Positions 1-11,445 of a stretch of DNA of 64,000 nt are shown here, piece by piece (the stretch's first letter is position 1; each line of letters starts with the position of its first letter). A program made the translations under genes and the position numbers. The notes below the pieces were generated by a model. It had not been told where the DNA came from and searched no databases. It worked only from the letters and a program-made list of their open reading frames with translations. The stretch is from Botryllus schlosseri (taxonomy: Eukaryota), in the NCBI GenBank assembly GCA_051294905.1, contig CM119372.1, forward strand, positions 18,850,001 to 18,914,000. The letters are read 5' to 3'.

Positions 1-293
1 TTAAGGTCTCCATGCTTCAAACTTGAATGTAGTATGGTATGCTTCCGACTTGAATATATAGATTAAATTTGATCTATTCTCTGTATAGGTTGATAAATAC
101 ACGATTAATGGATATATTCCGCAATCCGGCCCACCAAGTACTCAATTTTCACATATTCCGACCGGAGAAGTTACCCGCCCCTGAACTAGTAGAAACGGCT
201 CGCATTGTATACTGCATATTCATTTCACATGCGAATAATTTAATCAATCATTTCAGAATAGATAATAAACCTGACTTGGAGAATAATTTTCAA

Positions 294-1964
294 TCACGAA
301 GCTTCGGAGCCAGAAGGACCAAAATATTTTTTATCTATCTTGCGACAAAATGACACAAGGTTGTCAAATTTTCTAATGGTTTGTGCAAGTCTGTTGTCTG
401 TGAGCCGAGTAGTAAGGATTGTAAAGAGGTGTCCGAAGACAAGCGCATCCAGTTCCGTAGGTCTGAAATGAAAAAAAATTCAATTAATTCATAGTATTTT
501 TTATAAGTAAAATTGTCTCGAGACGCGAGTAACAGGTATAAAACAATACGCTCTGTGACGCCGTAAGCAGAGAGGTGGTTAATGAAGATAGTTCTAATTT
601 TCAAAATCCAAATTGTTAGGAGTATTCAAGTAGATGTTCCCAAAATCAAGTACTTACATAGTGCAAGTTGGCAAACTTACTCAAGTACCATGAAAAAGTA
701 GAAGTACTTCGTAACTGACCACCTCTGATGGCATATCAGAGTCATGCATTGTGACTGGATTAGTCAAACACCCTTCAACTACAGAATAAATATATATAGA
801 GTTCATCACTTGATTGGATAACAGAACTAATGTCAGTCAATCATTCCAATCAACATTAAGAAATTGAATTGACTTGTGAACCGTCGCTGATGGCCCGGAC
901 ATTTTAAGTAGGCTACTATTTCAAAGTAATTTCATTGACAAATCAATGTAATAGACCAGTATTCTCGATACATTTGGCCCATCAAGGTTACTTACTTTTT
1001 TCCAAAAAAGTACTCCGAATCACCAAGTTTTTGTGACAGTGAAAAGCAACACCGCTGAAGGTCATCTTCTAATTTTGTAAGGGTTTTCTTTCCTTGTTTC
1101 CAACCGACTGATTCCAAGTATCTGGCGATTTCTTTTCGCTTTTTCCAGCACATGACATAATTCAGTGGCCAATCAAATGCAGAGCCATACCGAGAACGGG
1201 TTATCTTTGCACAAAGGTAGACATAAATATGCAAATAACTGTCTTTCACTAACTATAACATGCATACTTGTTCATATGTTGTGTCATCGATCCAAGTAAC
1301 AAACGACTCCGCTGGTATGAAGACATTATTCAAGAGACTAATGTAAGCAGCCATGTCAAGCTTTTGCGTTTCCGATAAGTCTTGACTAAGTGTAAAACCC
1401 TATCATTGAGAATATGATTATATTAACATAGCAACTCGTATTATTCTTACTTACCTTCTGCTTGATAAACGATATGATTGGCTCCGGTTCTGATACAACC
1501 ATCTTTCCACACTTCAAGATTGGCAGTTTACCACTTGGAGACATGAACTCGGCATTTTTCTTTGGTACTACCTGAAAATTTTGAATATTCAATTGTACAT
1601 CAAGAATTTTATACTGCAATTAGAAATTAAATAACGGGGCAGTAAATGACCAACATTCAATCAAATATACCTCTATGTTGAGTTTGCACATGTTGATATA
1701 TGCCTGGACTGCTAAACACGAAGCATTTTCATCAAGAAGTATTTGCTCATCTGAGAAGAATAAAGTCATATATTGAAGCAATTTAGCAAGTGCCAGGCCT
1801 GTCGTTTATGTGTATCACCTTCTAGTGGCTGGAATAAACAGACATCTTCAGGCCAATCATCTGAAACAATATTGTATAATCTCATAAGCTTTCAAACTAT
1901 TATTCAAAATTAATATGAACTTACTGCTGGTTTGAGACATGGCTGCCCTCTGCAACAAGGACAT
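294..1964 (-). CDS. MTX2: Metaxin-2 (mitochondrial outer-membrane SAM-associated protein), 7 exons
   Basis: Exons 1964-1925, 1860-1819, 1750-1671, 1571-1455, 1399-1268, 1204-996, 462-294 with GT-AG introns. Translation MSLL..[84 protein letters not shown] matches metaxin-2 motifs. Confidence 0.95.
570..727. mobile_element. Degenerate hAT-type MITE (AGTA-repeat family) in the last MTX2 intron
   Basis: Ends ...gaagtacttcgtaactgaccacctctg, essentially the reverse complement of the TIR at 55058; agta/aagta motifs; no clear TSD. Confidence 0.5.
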
Positions 1965-3496
1965 TAGTTAAAGAAAAATCATGTGTGGAACTGATCCAAT
2001 TAGTCGGCACAGTATATATCCACTTCTTCAAAGATATGGGTTGATCTGGATGCAATTACGAGAAGATATATACGAGTTATACAGAAACAGGATTTGAAAC
2101 ATTTAGTCCCGTGACGCAGTAAAGGAAGAATATGTCAATATCCATATGCGTGTCAGTTTTGCATAGTGGAGTCGACATTTCAGTGCCTGATTATTTACGA
2201 CAGTGTGAGCAATAGTTTTTACTGAAACCCGTTTTATTACATTTAGTGGTGTGCTGCCACCTTTAGATTTATGGACCATTTCCATAATAGACGCCAGGCA
2301 AGGCAGCACTCAGCATATTATTGGGAAAATGTAGGTGACATAAAATGTGACAGTCGATGTGATGAACATTTACGGTATCTTAAATATACCTTCGTATATG
2401 GGCGAAAAATACACATTACACAGTCTTAACGATTATTATTATTATCAACGAATGAACGAATTGATGAAAGGTCATTTCACATATTCTCTGGGCATAGGCC
2501 AGGGTAATTCAATTTGATCAAGGCACATTTAGATATAGGCAATAAGAATTACATAATATGTGAATATATTCCTATCACTTATATAGTTAGCTCCGAAATT
2601 CGCGGTCACTATAACTGCCGCCACCAACCATGTCTCTACCCTGCAACAAATCAACATAGCAGCTTGCTAAATCTATGCATTGCGATGTTACGGTTCAATG
2701 GATTCACAAAAACCAGCATCACGCGATGTTCGGTACTTCTTGTTGGTCTGCGGAACCTACGTTGAATATGCAATCAGCGTTTTCGTTAGGCAGTGGCTAC
2801 TCGTCCGGTACCGGACGAATAATTTTCTCAGGCTATTCGTCCGGCACCGTGTGACGTAGGCCCGTTACTATGGAGACTGTATGCGTTTTCGACAGGCTTC
2901 GGTTTTGTACATTATTTATTCGCATTTCTGGTTACTTATTTGAATGGTTACTGTTACTGATTTGTATGCTCATAATTATAGCTCCGAGGGAAAGTTTACG
3001 CCATACTAATAATTGTAAATTGCTGTCGTGAAAGTACCAGAACTTGACGCCCACCTTTACCTTTACAAGATATGTTCACCTACGCTTGATGAAGTAAGAG
3101 CATGTAAGAACGAGTAGGATACTGATTTGTATGCTCATAATTGGAGCTCCGAGGGAATGTTTGCGCCATACGAAGAGTTCCAAAGTGCTATCGATAAATA
3201 ACCGGATGCAGTCAGAACACGAACGATTCGCTGAAATTCTTGCTGCCTCCACCTATTTCTGAACTCATGCAAGCGTCGTTGACCTAACCAATTGTATGTG
3301 AACTTGTACAGCTAAGACGGAATTGTCACCTCTGCTGTACTACGAGCACTCATACTTGATGTTGCTGCGCAGTAATGATTGGAATACCAACTGAGAGAGA
3401 CTGCGTCTTTATTTTCATACAACAGAAATACAGAACAAATGGACAGCAGCAATGATCATACAGAAAACATGTGCATGCACAGTATTTGGTGTCGGA

Positions 3497-3620
3497 CCAG
3501 ACTGGAATTAGTGGTCGTTTTCGGCAATAAGTTGCGCGTGACAGAAGGGTTTCTTCCATAGAATAATTAAGGAATTAAATGGAAAGTTGCGCGTGACGTT
3601 TGCCACCAATTCCACTCTGG
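3497..3620. mobile_element. ~124-bp MITE with 9-bp TSD (second copy at 27793-27915, inverted)
   Basis: TIR ccagactggaattagtgg / ccaccaattccactctgg; flanks ggtgtcgga / gctgtcgga (8/9). Confidence 0.75.
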
Positions 3621-3649
3621 GCTGTCGGATAGGAGAGATCGATACAGCC

Positions 3650-4270
3650 TTGGAAGTCAAGTGGTCTGATAAAACCCGCATGAAACAAGTATATGCCTAC
3701 ATTGTCTCTGCATCATCCGTCTGTAACGAATTGTAGTTGAAAAGATGGAAGAAAAATTAAATGATAGCAAATGAATGAATGAAGCAATGTCTGGGCGAAG
3801 TAGGGCAACAGTGTTAATACGACTATCAGAGGTAATCAGGTATGGCAAGAGTGTTATTACGGCGACAAGAGGTAATGAGGTATTTTTTTTTTATAATCTG
3901 CCATACAGCAATTCACAGATGGTAATCCATTCAAAATGATAGGTCAGTCGATAGATCTCTTGGTTAGGTAGCTATTAAATGGGCCCAAGTAGATATTTCC
4001 CTTCGACGAGGGTCTTGTATTAAGGGAGTGAACAACTTAAGCAGGTATGAAAAAGTCATCGAACACATACGACAAACTGTTCGAAAAATATTTGTGTATA
4101 ACTTTCAATGTATATATGATCATTGGGTGTTAATCTGGTATGCATGCTGGCATTTCTGCACATTCCATATTGCAAGTGACAGTAAATGCTGTGCATACAA
4201 TTTGCTGCTTCCAAGATATTTAAGCATTGATAGCGTGTTTTCACTGGGGACATCAATTATGAAAACTAAC
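3650..4270 (-). mobile_element. Degenerate LINE (CR1/L2-like) 3' fragment nested in the MULE
   Basis: Shares aatgaagcaatgtctgggcgaagtagggcaacagtgtta and the downstream ORF2 C-terminal remnant with the LINE fragment at 40593-41130. Confidence 0.65.
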
Positions 4271-4328
4271 ATTGAAGTACTTTCAATGTCAAAGTTGCCG
4301 CTACATATTTTTCTAACAGAGGCATCTA

Positions 4329-5060
4329 TTATTTTTTGCAGCGGCCTCAGAACCATTTGTTTTGTTTCGGGGAAGTGTTTAGTCCAGCACATAGGAGATG
4401 ATCCCGGTTGAGACAGGAGTCACAACGAATTGAATTGCTCTTTGTAAGTTGAAGGTCGCATACTCCACAGTACTAGTCCTTCTGACTATATTTACTTTGG
4501 AATGCCTTCATCACAGCAGCCCATCCATCATATGCGAAGTTATTCTTGATGTGGAGTATATTCACAGTCTCATCAAGGCAGCTGTAGGGGATGAGACGAG
4601 TATCAGACGTGACAGACTTACTGCCCAATTTCTTTCCATACACTGCTTCATTAGTGTCCAATGGTGATACAAACCATGACAGCATCACTGCGAATGAGGC
4701 AGAAGTGAAATTTGCTGAGGTTCTGCATGAAATAAACTTACATCGGTCTCAGTCTTTAGGATGTCTTTTTTTAAATGGAACTGGAGCGTCACATTTCTTC
4801 TTCTTCGGAAGGCCAACCACAGTTTGTTCCAAGCCTTTTGGGAGTCCTCTTTTTTCAGTTTTGATGGCACATGAATGTTGGAAAGATCTGAAACAGCAAG
4901 ATCAGTTTTATTATAGTGTAGCAAGATAAAGTTTGGATTAATTTGACACCAACCCGTGAACTTGTCTGGTGTCATGGTGATTTTGCTACAGACTACGGAC
5001 ACTGCTGGGGTGCTATTTTCTGCATCACAGACTTCGGACACTGCTACAGCGCAATTGACC
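4329..5060 (-). pseudogene. MULE transposase C-terminal region ending in a PHD finger, disrupted by frameshifts and stops
   Basis: Reads PKGLEQTVVGLPKKKK..IPYSCLDE..YCGVCDLQLTKSNSIRCDSCLNRDHLLCAGLNTSPKQNKWF*GRCKK*, a C4HC3 PHD pattern with one Cys codon mutated to stop. Confidence 0.75.
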
Positions 5061-5378
5061 AACCAATTTGAAATCGTGTGCGTCTTTTAGTTTAGTACGT
5101 ATGGGCGATTTGAATATCTTTTGACATAGCAGACAGGCCACGAAATGTCATTACGTAGCGAAGTCATTATACCCACGGGTCCGCCCAAATATGTTCAATT
5201 ATTATTTACGGGCCCTACATTTTCCAAGACACCTCACTCAGCGTTACCGGTAAATCTGAATACATGAGCAGAGAGAGGATAAAAAATTGACAGCAATATT
5301 TATGCAATTCTCAATCATATTGACCGATTCAATCATGAATAGTAGAAATTCAAAGGCGATCTGCAATAAATTCCAATA

Positions 5379-5533
5379 ATATAACGGTGATTATGCATTA
5401 GTGGTCATTTATTGAATCATCAGATCAAAATGAAAAAATATAACGGTGATTATGCATTAGTTGTCATTTATTGAATCATCAGATCAAAATGAAAAAATAT
5501 AACGGTGATTATGCATTAGTTGTCATTTGTTGA
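5379..5533. repeat. ~60-bp tandem repeat, about 2.6 copies
   Basis: ataacggtgattatgcattag(t/g)tgtcatttattgaatcatcagatcaaaatgaaaaaat repeated. Confidence 0.85.
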
Positions 5534-5558
5534 TTCAATAGTGATAATCGCATATTAC

Positions 5559-6891
5559 CTTGCTCAACCCGTGGTTATGCTGTTCATTCGTACTCTTCAC
5601 TATGAGATACTGCCCATCCTCTGATGTACCAAACCTGATATGAGCTGGGCACTCTTTACGGAAAGTGCTGCAATGAAATCGTGATACGTTACCCTGTGTT
5701 TCAAGCGTAATGCACAGCATGTGTGGCAGTGCCGCTGCTCGTATTCCAGTAGCGAGCAAAAAAGGGGGCACTTCTTCGTTATTCTCCACACATCGAGAAG
5801 TGATCCCCATGAAACCAATGCTTCCCATGAACATGTGAAAATTTATAAACGTTAAAATATATTGTTTTTCGCGTTGGGGTGGGGATATTAGGGTCGGGTG
5901 GGTTAGGATTGGGGTGGCGGGGTTGCGGTTGCATGTGTGGGGTTAGGATTGGGGTGGCGGTTGCATGTGTGGGGTTAGGATTAGGGTGTCGTAAGATGAA
6001 GTGGTGGGGTTGCAGCTTTGCATGTGTGGGGTTGCGTATGCGTAAGATGAGGTGGTGGGGTTGCAGTTGCATGTGTGGGGTTGCGTATGCGTAAGATGAG
6101 GTGGTGGGGTTGCATGTGTGGGATTGCGTATGCGTAAGATGAGGTGGTGGGGTTGCAGTTGCATGTGCGGGGTTAGGATAGGGGTGGCAGGGTTGCGGTT
6201 GCATGTGTGGGGTTAGAATTGGGGTGTCGGCACGCGTGGGGTTAGGATTAGGGTGTCGTAAGATGAGGTTGCATGTGTGGGGTTAGGATTGGGGTGTCGG
6301 CACGCGTGGGGTTAGGATTAGGGTGTCGTAAGATGAGGTGGTGGGGTTGCAGTTGCATGTGGGGTAAGGTGGTAGGGTTGCAGTTGCATGTGCGGGGTTA
6401 GGATAGGGGTGGCAGGGTTGCGGTTGCATGCGTTGGGTTAGGATTGGGGTGTCGGCACGCGTGGGGTTAGGATTAGGGTGTCGTAAGATGAGGTGGTGGA
6501 GTGTCATAGAAATGGGTTGGGGTTTAGGCTGAGGCTAATCCAACCCTAATTTCACGATACCAAGACTACAAAATGCTCATGGGGAGCATTGCTTCTTGAT
6601 GTTCATGTGGTTGTGGACCCGGTGGAAATTCCGTATCATACGTAAAGCTTACCGTTGGTTAGGTCGAAGACCCTTAGATAAGCTCTGAAATCTGCGGCCG
6701 CCGTGGATGCAGTGAAAAGCTATCTGGCCATACTTGAGCGCATCATTGAAATTTCGCCGAGTGATTCGCTTTCTTACTGCATCGAGCGTATGTGAATCTC
6801 TCTTGTAGAGCTGGACGTAATTTTCTTTCTGGTATTTCTCCGAAGCACTTTTTAAGTCTTCGTAAGAGGCGAACTTACTCTCGGAATCCAT
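5559..6891 (-). pseudogene. MULE transposase N-terminal exons (FAR1/ZSWIM3-like DNA-binding domain)
   Basis: Exon 6891-6653 (MDSESKFASYEDL..QLYKRDS..FHCIHGGRRFQSLSKGLRPNQR) splices in frame to exon 5667-5559 (TFRKECPAHIRFGTSEDGQYLIVKSTNEQHNH), giving the C..C..HNH pattern. Confidence 0.8.
5817..6590. repeat. G-rich minisatellite (gggttaggatt/gttgcatgtgtggg units) bounded by short inverted repeats; probably a nested non-autonomous element in the transposase intron
   Basis: Array ~5875-6530; IR aatgcttcccatgaacat (5817-5834) vs atgctcatggggagcatt (6573-6590), 16/18. Confidence 0.7.
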
Positions 6892-7189
6892 GCCGCAGTT
6901 ACGGCCCACAGTTCCGGAAATCCCGGTACCCATTCTGCAGTTGCGGCATGCTTACGCCGGACGAATAGCCTGAGGAACTTAATTCGTCCGGTACCGGACG
7001 AGTAGACACTTCCTTTTCGTTAACTTTTTATACATTTTTTGGTTATATCTTGTTCATGTCTGTGTTGATCACATTGTTTTGAAGTTAATCGTGGCAAATA
7101 TATGGCCGAAAGAAAATGAAAACTTTTTTATTGGGATCTGCCCATTTGATATTAATTAGACGTGTCAGACTGGTCAATCAATCAGGTTT

Positions 7190-7300
7190 AATAATATTTT
7201 CATCGTTTCAAAACATCACAAGACTGCGATACAATGAAAGGATAGGAAGGTGTCGAAACAACTTGAAGTAGCCATTAAGATCAGACACCCACCTTACCTA
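7190..7300 (-). mobile_element. LINE 3'UTR tail / SINE-like repeat
   Basis: cacaagactgcgatacaatgaaa..gtcgaaac..cagacacccacctt..ctaggcga; homologous to 15066-15195, 37280-37410, 40351-40505 (inverted) and 46190-46290 (inverted). Confidence 0.65.
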
Positions 7301-7652
7301 GGCGAAGCATTATTTGACTTGATTCGACTCGACTTATGTTACCGTCAAAAATCGACTCGATATGACATGTGACTAGAAGGTAGTGATACTGGTGCATGCA
7401 TGCCTCTTATTTACATGTTCTAGGCCAATGTGTTCGTCTGATTGAAAGACCACTCCATGTCGTTTCGACGCCTGTCCTGTCTTTTGCCATTGCCTGTCTG
7501 TCTATCTGTATGTCAGTAAATGTCTCACTATCTCGTGTAGTTTTTGAATGATCAAAATGATACTAAACCGTAAACCCATGGTAATTCACAGCGTAAATTG
7601 CTATGCTAAAACGTACCAGAACCAAAAATGTCGTAGTTTATGCAGTTCACGT

Positions 7653-7689
7653 CAAAGTCACTCAACTATGACATAGTTGAGTGACTTTG
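7653..7689. mobile_element. 37-bp perfect palindromic micro-element with 8-bp TSD
   Basis: caaagtcactcaactatg-a-catagttgagtgactttg flanked by gttcacgt (7645-7652 and 7690-7697). Confidence 0.8.
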
Positions 7690-7700
7690 GTTCACGTTAG

Positions 7701-8760
7701 GGCCCCGTGGATATACTCAGCTATCGCAGCTATCGCAGCTCCCGCAGCTATCACTTGTGGATATACTCAGCTATCACAGCTATCGCAGCTATCACCAAAA
7801 ATCGCAGACATAGAGATCATTTAAAGGTCACGTATCGTCTAGGGCGCAGCTATCAGCGCTGGAGCTTGTCTGGGTTGAAATAGTGCGCAGCTATCAGCTC
7901 CGGAGCACGTCTGGGTTGAAATAGTGCGCAGCTATCAGATCTGGAGCAAGTCTGAGTTGAAATAGTGCGCAGCTATCAGATCTGGAGTACGTCCGGGTTG
8001 AAATAGTGCGCAGCTATCACTATCACTACTGTGGATATACTCAGCTATCACAGCTATCACATCTATCACCAAAAATCGCAGACATACAGGTCATTTAAAG
8101 GTCATGTATCGTTTAGGGCGCAGCTATCAGCGCTGGAGCTCGTCTGGGTTGAAATAGTGCGCAGCTATCAGATCCGGAGCACGTCCAGGTTGAAATAGTG
8201 CGCAGCTATCACAACCGGAGCAAGTCTGAGTGGAAATAGTGCGCAGCTATCAGTTCCGGAGCACGTCCGGGTTGAAATAGCGCGGAGCTATCAGCTCCGG
8301 AGCACGTCTGGGTTGAAATAGTGCGCAGCTATCAGATCTGGAGCAAGTCTGAGATGAAATAGTGCGCAGCTATCAGATCTGGAGCAAGTCTGAGTTAAAA
8401 TAGTGCGCAGCTATCAGATCTGGAGCAAGTCTGAGTTGAAATAGTGCGCAGCTATCAGATCTGGAGCACGTCCGAGTTGAAATGGTGCGCAGCTATCAGC
8501 TCCGTAGCACGTCCGGGTTGAAATAGTGCGCAGCTATCAGTTCTGGAGCACGTCCTGGTTGAAATAGTGCGCAGCTATCAGATCTGGAGCAAGTCTGAGT
8601 TGAAATAGTGCGCAGCTATCAGCTCCGGAGCACGTCTGGGTTGAAATAGTGCGCAGCTATCAGCTCCGGAGCACGTCTGAGTTGAAATAGTGCGCAGCTA
8701 TCAGCTCCGGAGTTCGTCTGAGTTGAAATAAAGCGCAGCTATCAGCTCCGGAGCATTTCC
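7701..8760 (+). repeat. Left TIR array of 41-bp units
   Basis: gttgaaatagtgcgcagctatcag(a/c)tc(c/t)ggagca(a/c)gtc(t/c)g(a/g), period 41 (7874, 7915...). Confidence 0.95.
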
Positions 8761-9195
8761 GGATTCAGATTCATTCATTACACGGCATGCAAGGACTATC
8801 TTCGTGATTTTCAGTGTACGGGCGGTAAACAGATATTCTGACATCCACACGGAATCAAAAAAAAATCGTTACTTTGTATTAAAAGCTCTGCTTACGAATA
8901 ATTATGCAGCTGTAAATACATATTTGTTATAATATTGACTAACACCTGTGCGATTCCGTGGATGTAGCGTATAGGCTTTCCCTACTAACGGCTCCGCCTA
9001 TCATAGATATTCACTGATCTGATATCGGACGTGTGCGACTGCAGGTATAGTATATGGAGGCCTATTATTCACTACACGGGCCTTATACGTATATAATTAA
9101 TATAATGCACACTCCAAAGACAATATTTCGATACTGGTGCACCAGAAGAAGGGTGTGTTACTTTGATTGGTATGTCATGAATAGAATATAGCTCA

Positions 9196-9492
9196 GTGAC
9201 AAGCATGTTCATGTTCATTGACCTTCAACGATTACTTTATAAAACTGGATTGTATCGCCTCAAGGGGGGATTTTCAAAGTATGAAATGGACCTGCATGAA
9301 TGGAATGATAAACCTGAACAAGACAGGAGATTGATCTTCGATAGATTCCTATCAGAGCCCATCATGCGTCATTACAAAAGCCAGATATCATCCGATGGAA
9401 AATTGCTGGTAACAGTCCCTGAGAAAAATGCGGGAAAGAAACCAGGACATGTCGGCCGAAAACGCAAGACAAAACTGACGATATTTCAGTGA
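9196..9492 (+). pseudogene. Probable C-terminal remnant of the foldback element's own protein
   Basis: 98-aa frame GLYRLKGGFSKY..W..R..F..SSDGKLLV..AGKKPGHVGRKRK with a basic NLS-like tail, inside the element; family identity unverified. Confidence 0.35.
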
Positions 9493-10085
9493 AACGCCAA
9501 TCTTTATAACAATTGAATTACTCAATTGCATTCGTTTTTAAGTCCATTCCAGACATGGGGTGATTACTTCATGAATGTAATCGATTGCGATTACGATTAC
9601 TTCTGAATGACGCGATTACGATTACGATTACGATTACAGCTAAATCAGGAAGTAGTCGATTACGATTACGATTACATTGGAAAAGTAATCACGATTACTC
9701 ACGATTACATTTATTTTGCATCTTAGAAGTTATATCGAAAGACAATATGTGGATTGCGCTGAAAAGGTCTAATGAGATAACAAACTTCCTTTAAAAAAAG
9801 ATGCGTCATTGGCTTATTACGTCATGGTGTACCGATTGCCCATTTTTATAGAGGTCGATTTATCGCACCCAACGATTTGCATTCTTGCCATGTCCATAAC
9901 CGCCGCCCCCCCAAATTTCCCAACAGGGTAGGGAGGGAGATCGAAGGGGACTCAAAAGTATTTCGTAAATCAACGTAAATTATACAGTCTTTTCGAGAGA
10001 TTTAAATAACTTGAAAATTCTCTCTGGATAGCTTGATTTTGAAATGCATACGTCTCCCCCTAAAAAAAGGCATACATAATTTATC

Positions 10086-10513
10086 TAGGGTTGCATTTAA
10101 AACAAATGGTTGTTTAAAACACTTTGTTTAAAACATGTTTTAAACGGTGTTTTAAGAACAAAGGCTTTAAAAAAACTAAATTGTGATTTTAAAGTTATTA
10201 CATTATGCCATAATTGTGTAAACACTTTCCAAAAAACATTTTGTATGAGCCTACGGACAATTACCACCCGATTTGGCCGACGTACATCGATATGGGATGG
10301 TTGGGACCCTCAAAATAGTCGGTTCAACAGTTATAGTCCAGATATTTCGTCTAATGAGCAATATTTACCCTATATTTTCAATTGTCAATATCAATCCACT
10401 AGGACGTCACAATTTTATATTCGTGACGTCGTGGTTAAGAATAAATTTTTAAACAAGAGCCTTGTTTTAAACATGTCTGTTTTAAATTGATTTTTCTTTT
10501 AAATGCAATCCTA
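10086..10513. mobile_element. hAT MITE (TAGGGTTG / TTTAAAAC family)
   Basis: TIR tagggttgcatttaaaa / ttttaaatgcaatccta; relatives at ~49850-50361 and 54597-55038. Confidence 0.8.
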
Positions 10514-11070
10514 ATTTATAGTAATAGGCATTTAGGTGCCAGTCAATACCGTGCCACGACACACCAAAAGATATACGCAGTTTCGACCAACATGCGACTT
10601 CACGAAGTGTGCTACTAAAGAAAGACCTTGGTCGTAACTTAGGGTATGTGTCCATTGTCAATAGCCACGCTGGGTGGACGTGACTAATAGTACGGTCCTT
10701 CCAATCTGAGCTCATAATGCAAATGCCACTCGGGAACCCACAGAGTTTTAAAGACATGACAATTTGTGTGTGCGTATCACCAAAGTTCTTGCGCCACTTC
10801 AATATCTTTTGATTATATAACAGACCAGGGTCACGAATTAACAACATAAACTAAAGTAATTATAACAAGATATCGGATGTTATAATTATGAATTACGTTC
10901 TCCCAGCTCTGCAGGTAAATCTGACCATCGGGGCTGAGAGAGGATTAAAAATTAATAGTAATATAATGCAATTACTAATAATATTGACGAAATTCAGTCT
11001 TCAACTTGAAAATACCACCCTATGGGGCCAAAGACCAAAGTTTGGAATCTGGGACGAATTGCTGTTTAGG

Positions 11071-11445
11071 TAGGCTTACCATATTTTGGAAATCTGAAAA
11101 GAGGACACTTTTGCAGAAATTTGAGACTTGCAAAACCGGAGAGGAATTCTCAAAATTCGGTGAACTTTTCCCACTTTGTGATTGGTTGACTAAAAAAAAA
11201 GGTCATCTTTTCGCTCAGAGCTCAAAATACCGTTTGAGCGTCGCTTCTGTGCTAATTTACGGCATATCACTAGCATTTTGCTCTAAATATGACCTCAATT
11301 TTCAAAAAAGAGGACAAAATCTCAAAAAAGAGGACAAAAGGGCGTCCTCCGAGGACACTTTCAAAAAAGTCAAAAAAGAGGACAAATCCTCTTAAAAGAG
11401 GACGTATGGTAAGCCTATCTTAAAAGAGGACGTATGGTAACCCTA
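11071..11445. mobile_element. hAT MITE (GAGGAC family) with duplicated right end
   Basis: taggcttaccat.. / ..atggtaacccta; flanked by gtttagg on both sides; right terminus tandemly duplicated; relative at 47664-48920. Confidence 0.75.

Larger units (their letters stand above)
2789..7013 (-). mobile_element. Mutator-like (MULE) DNA transposon, internally deleted
   Basis: ~57-bp TIRs (ggcagtggctactcgtccggtaccggacgaat.. / ..attcgtccggtaccggacgagtagacacttcc); perfect 9-bp TSD ttttcgtta at 2780-2788 and 7014-7022; transposase remnants inside. Confidence 0.9.

Noticed and set aside
5779..6507. Pro/His-rich and Gly/Cys-rich ORFs; interstitial telomere
   Set aside because: The ORFs are translations of the minisatellite, and there are no true (TTAGGG)n runs.
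7701..8760. CRISPR-like regular repeats
   Set aside because: Units are contiguous 41-mers without unique spacers, are mirrored at 13730-16306 as TIRs, lie in eukaryotic DNA and have no cas genes.
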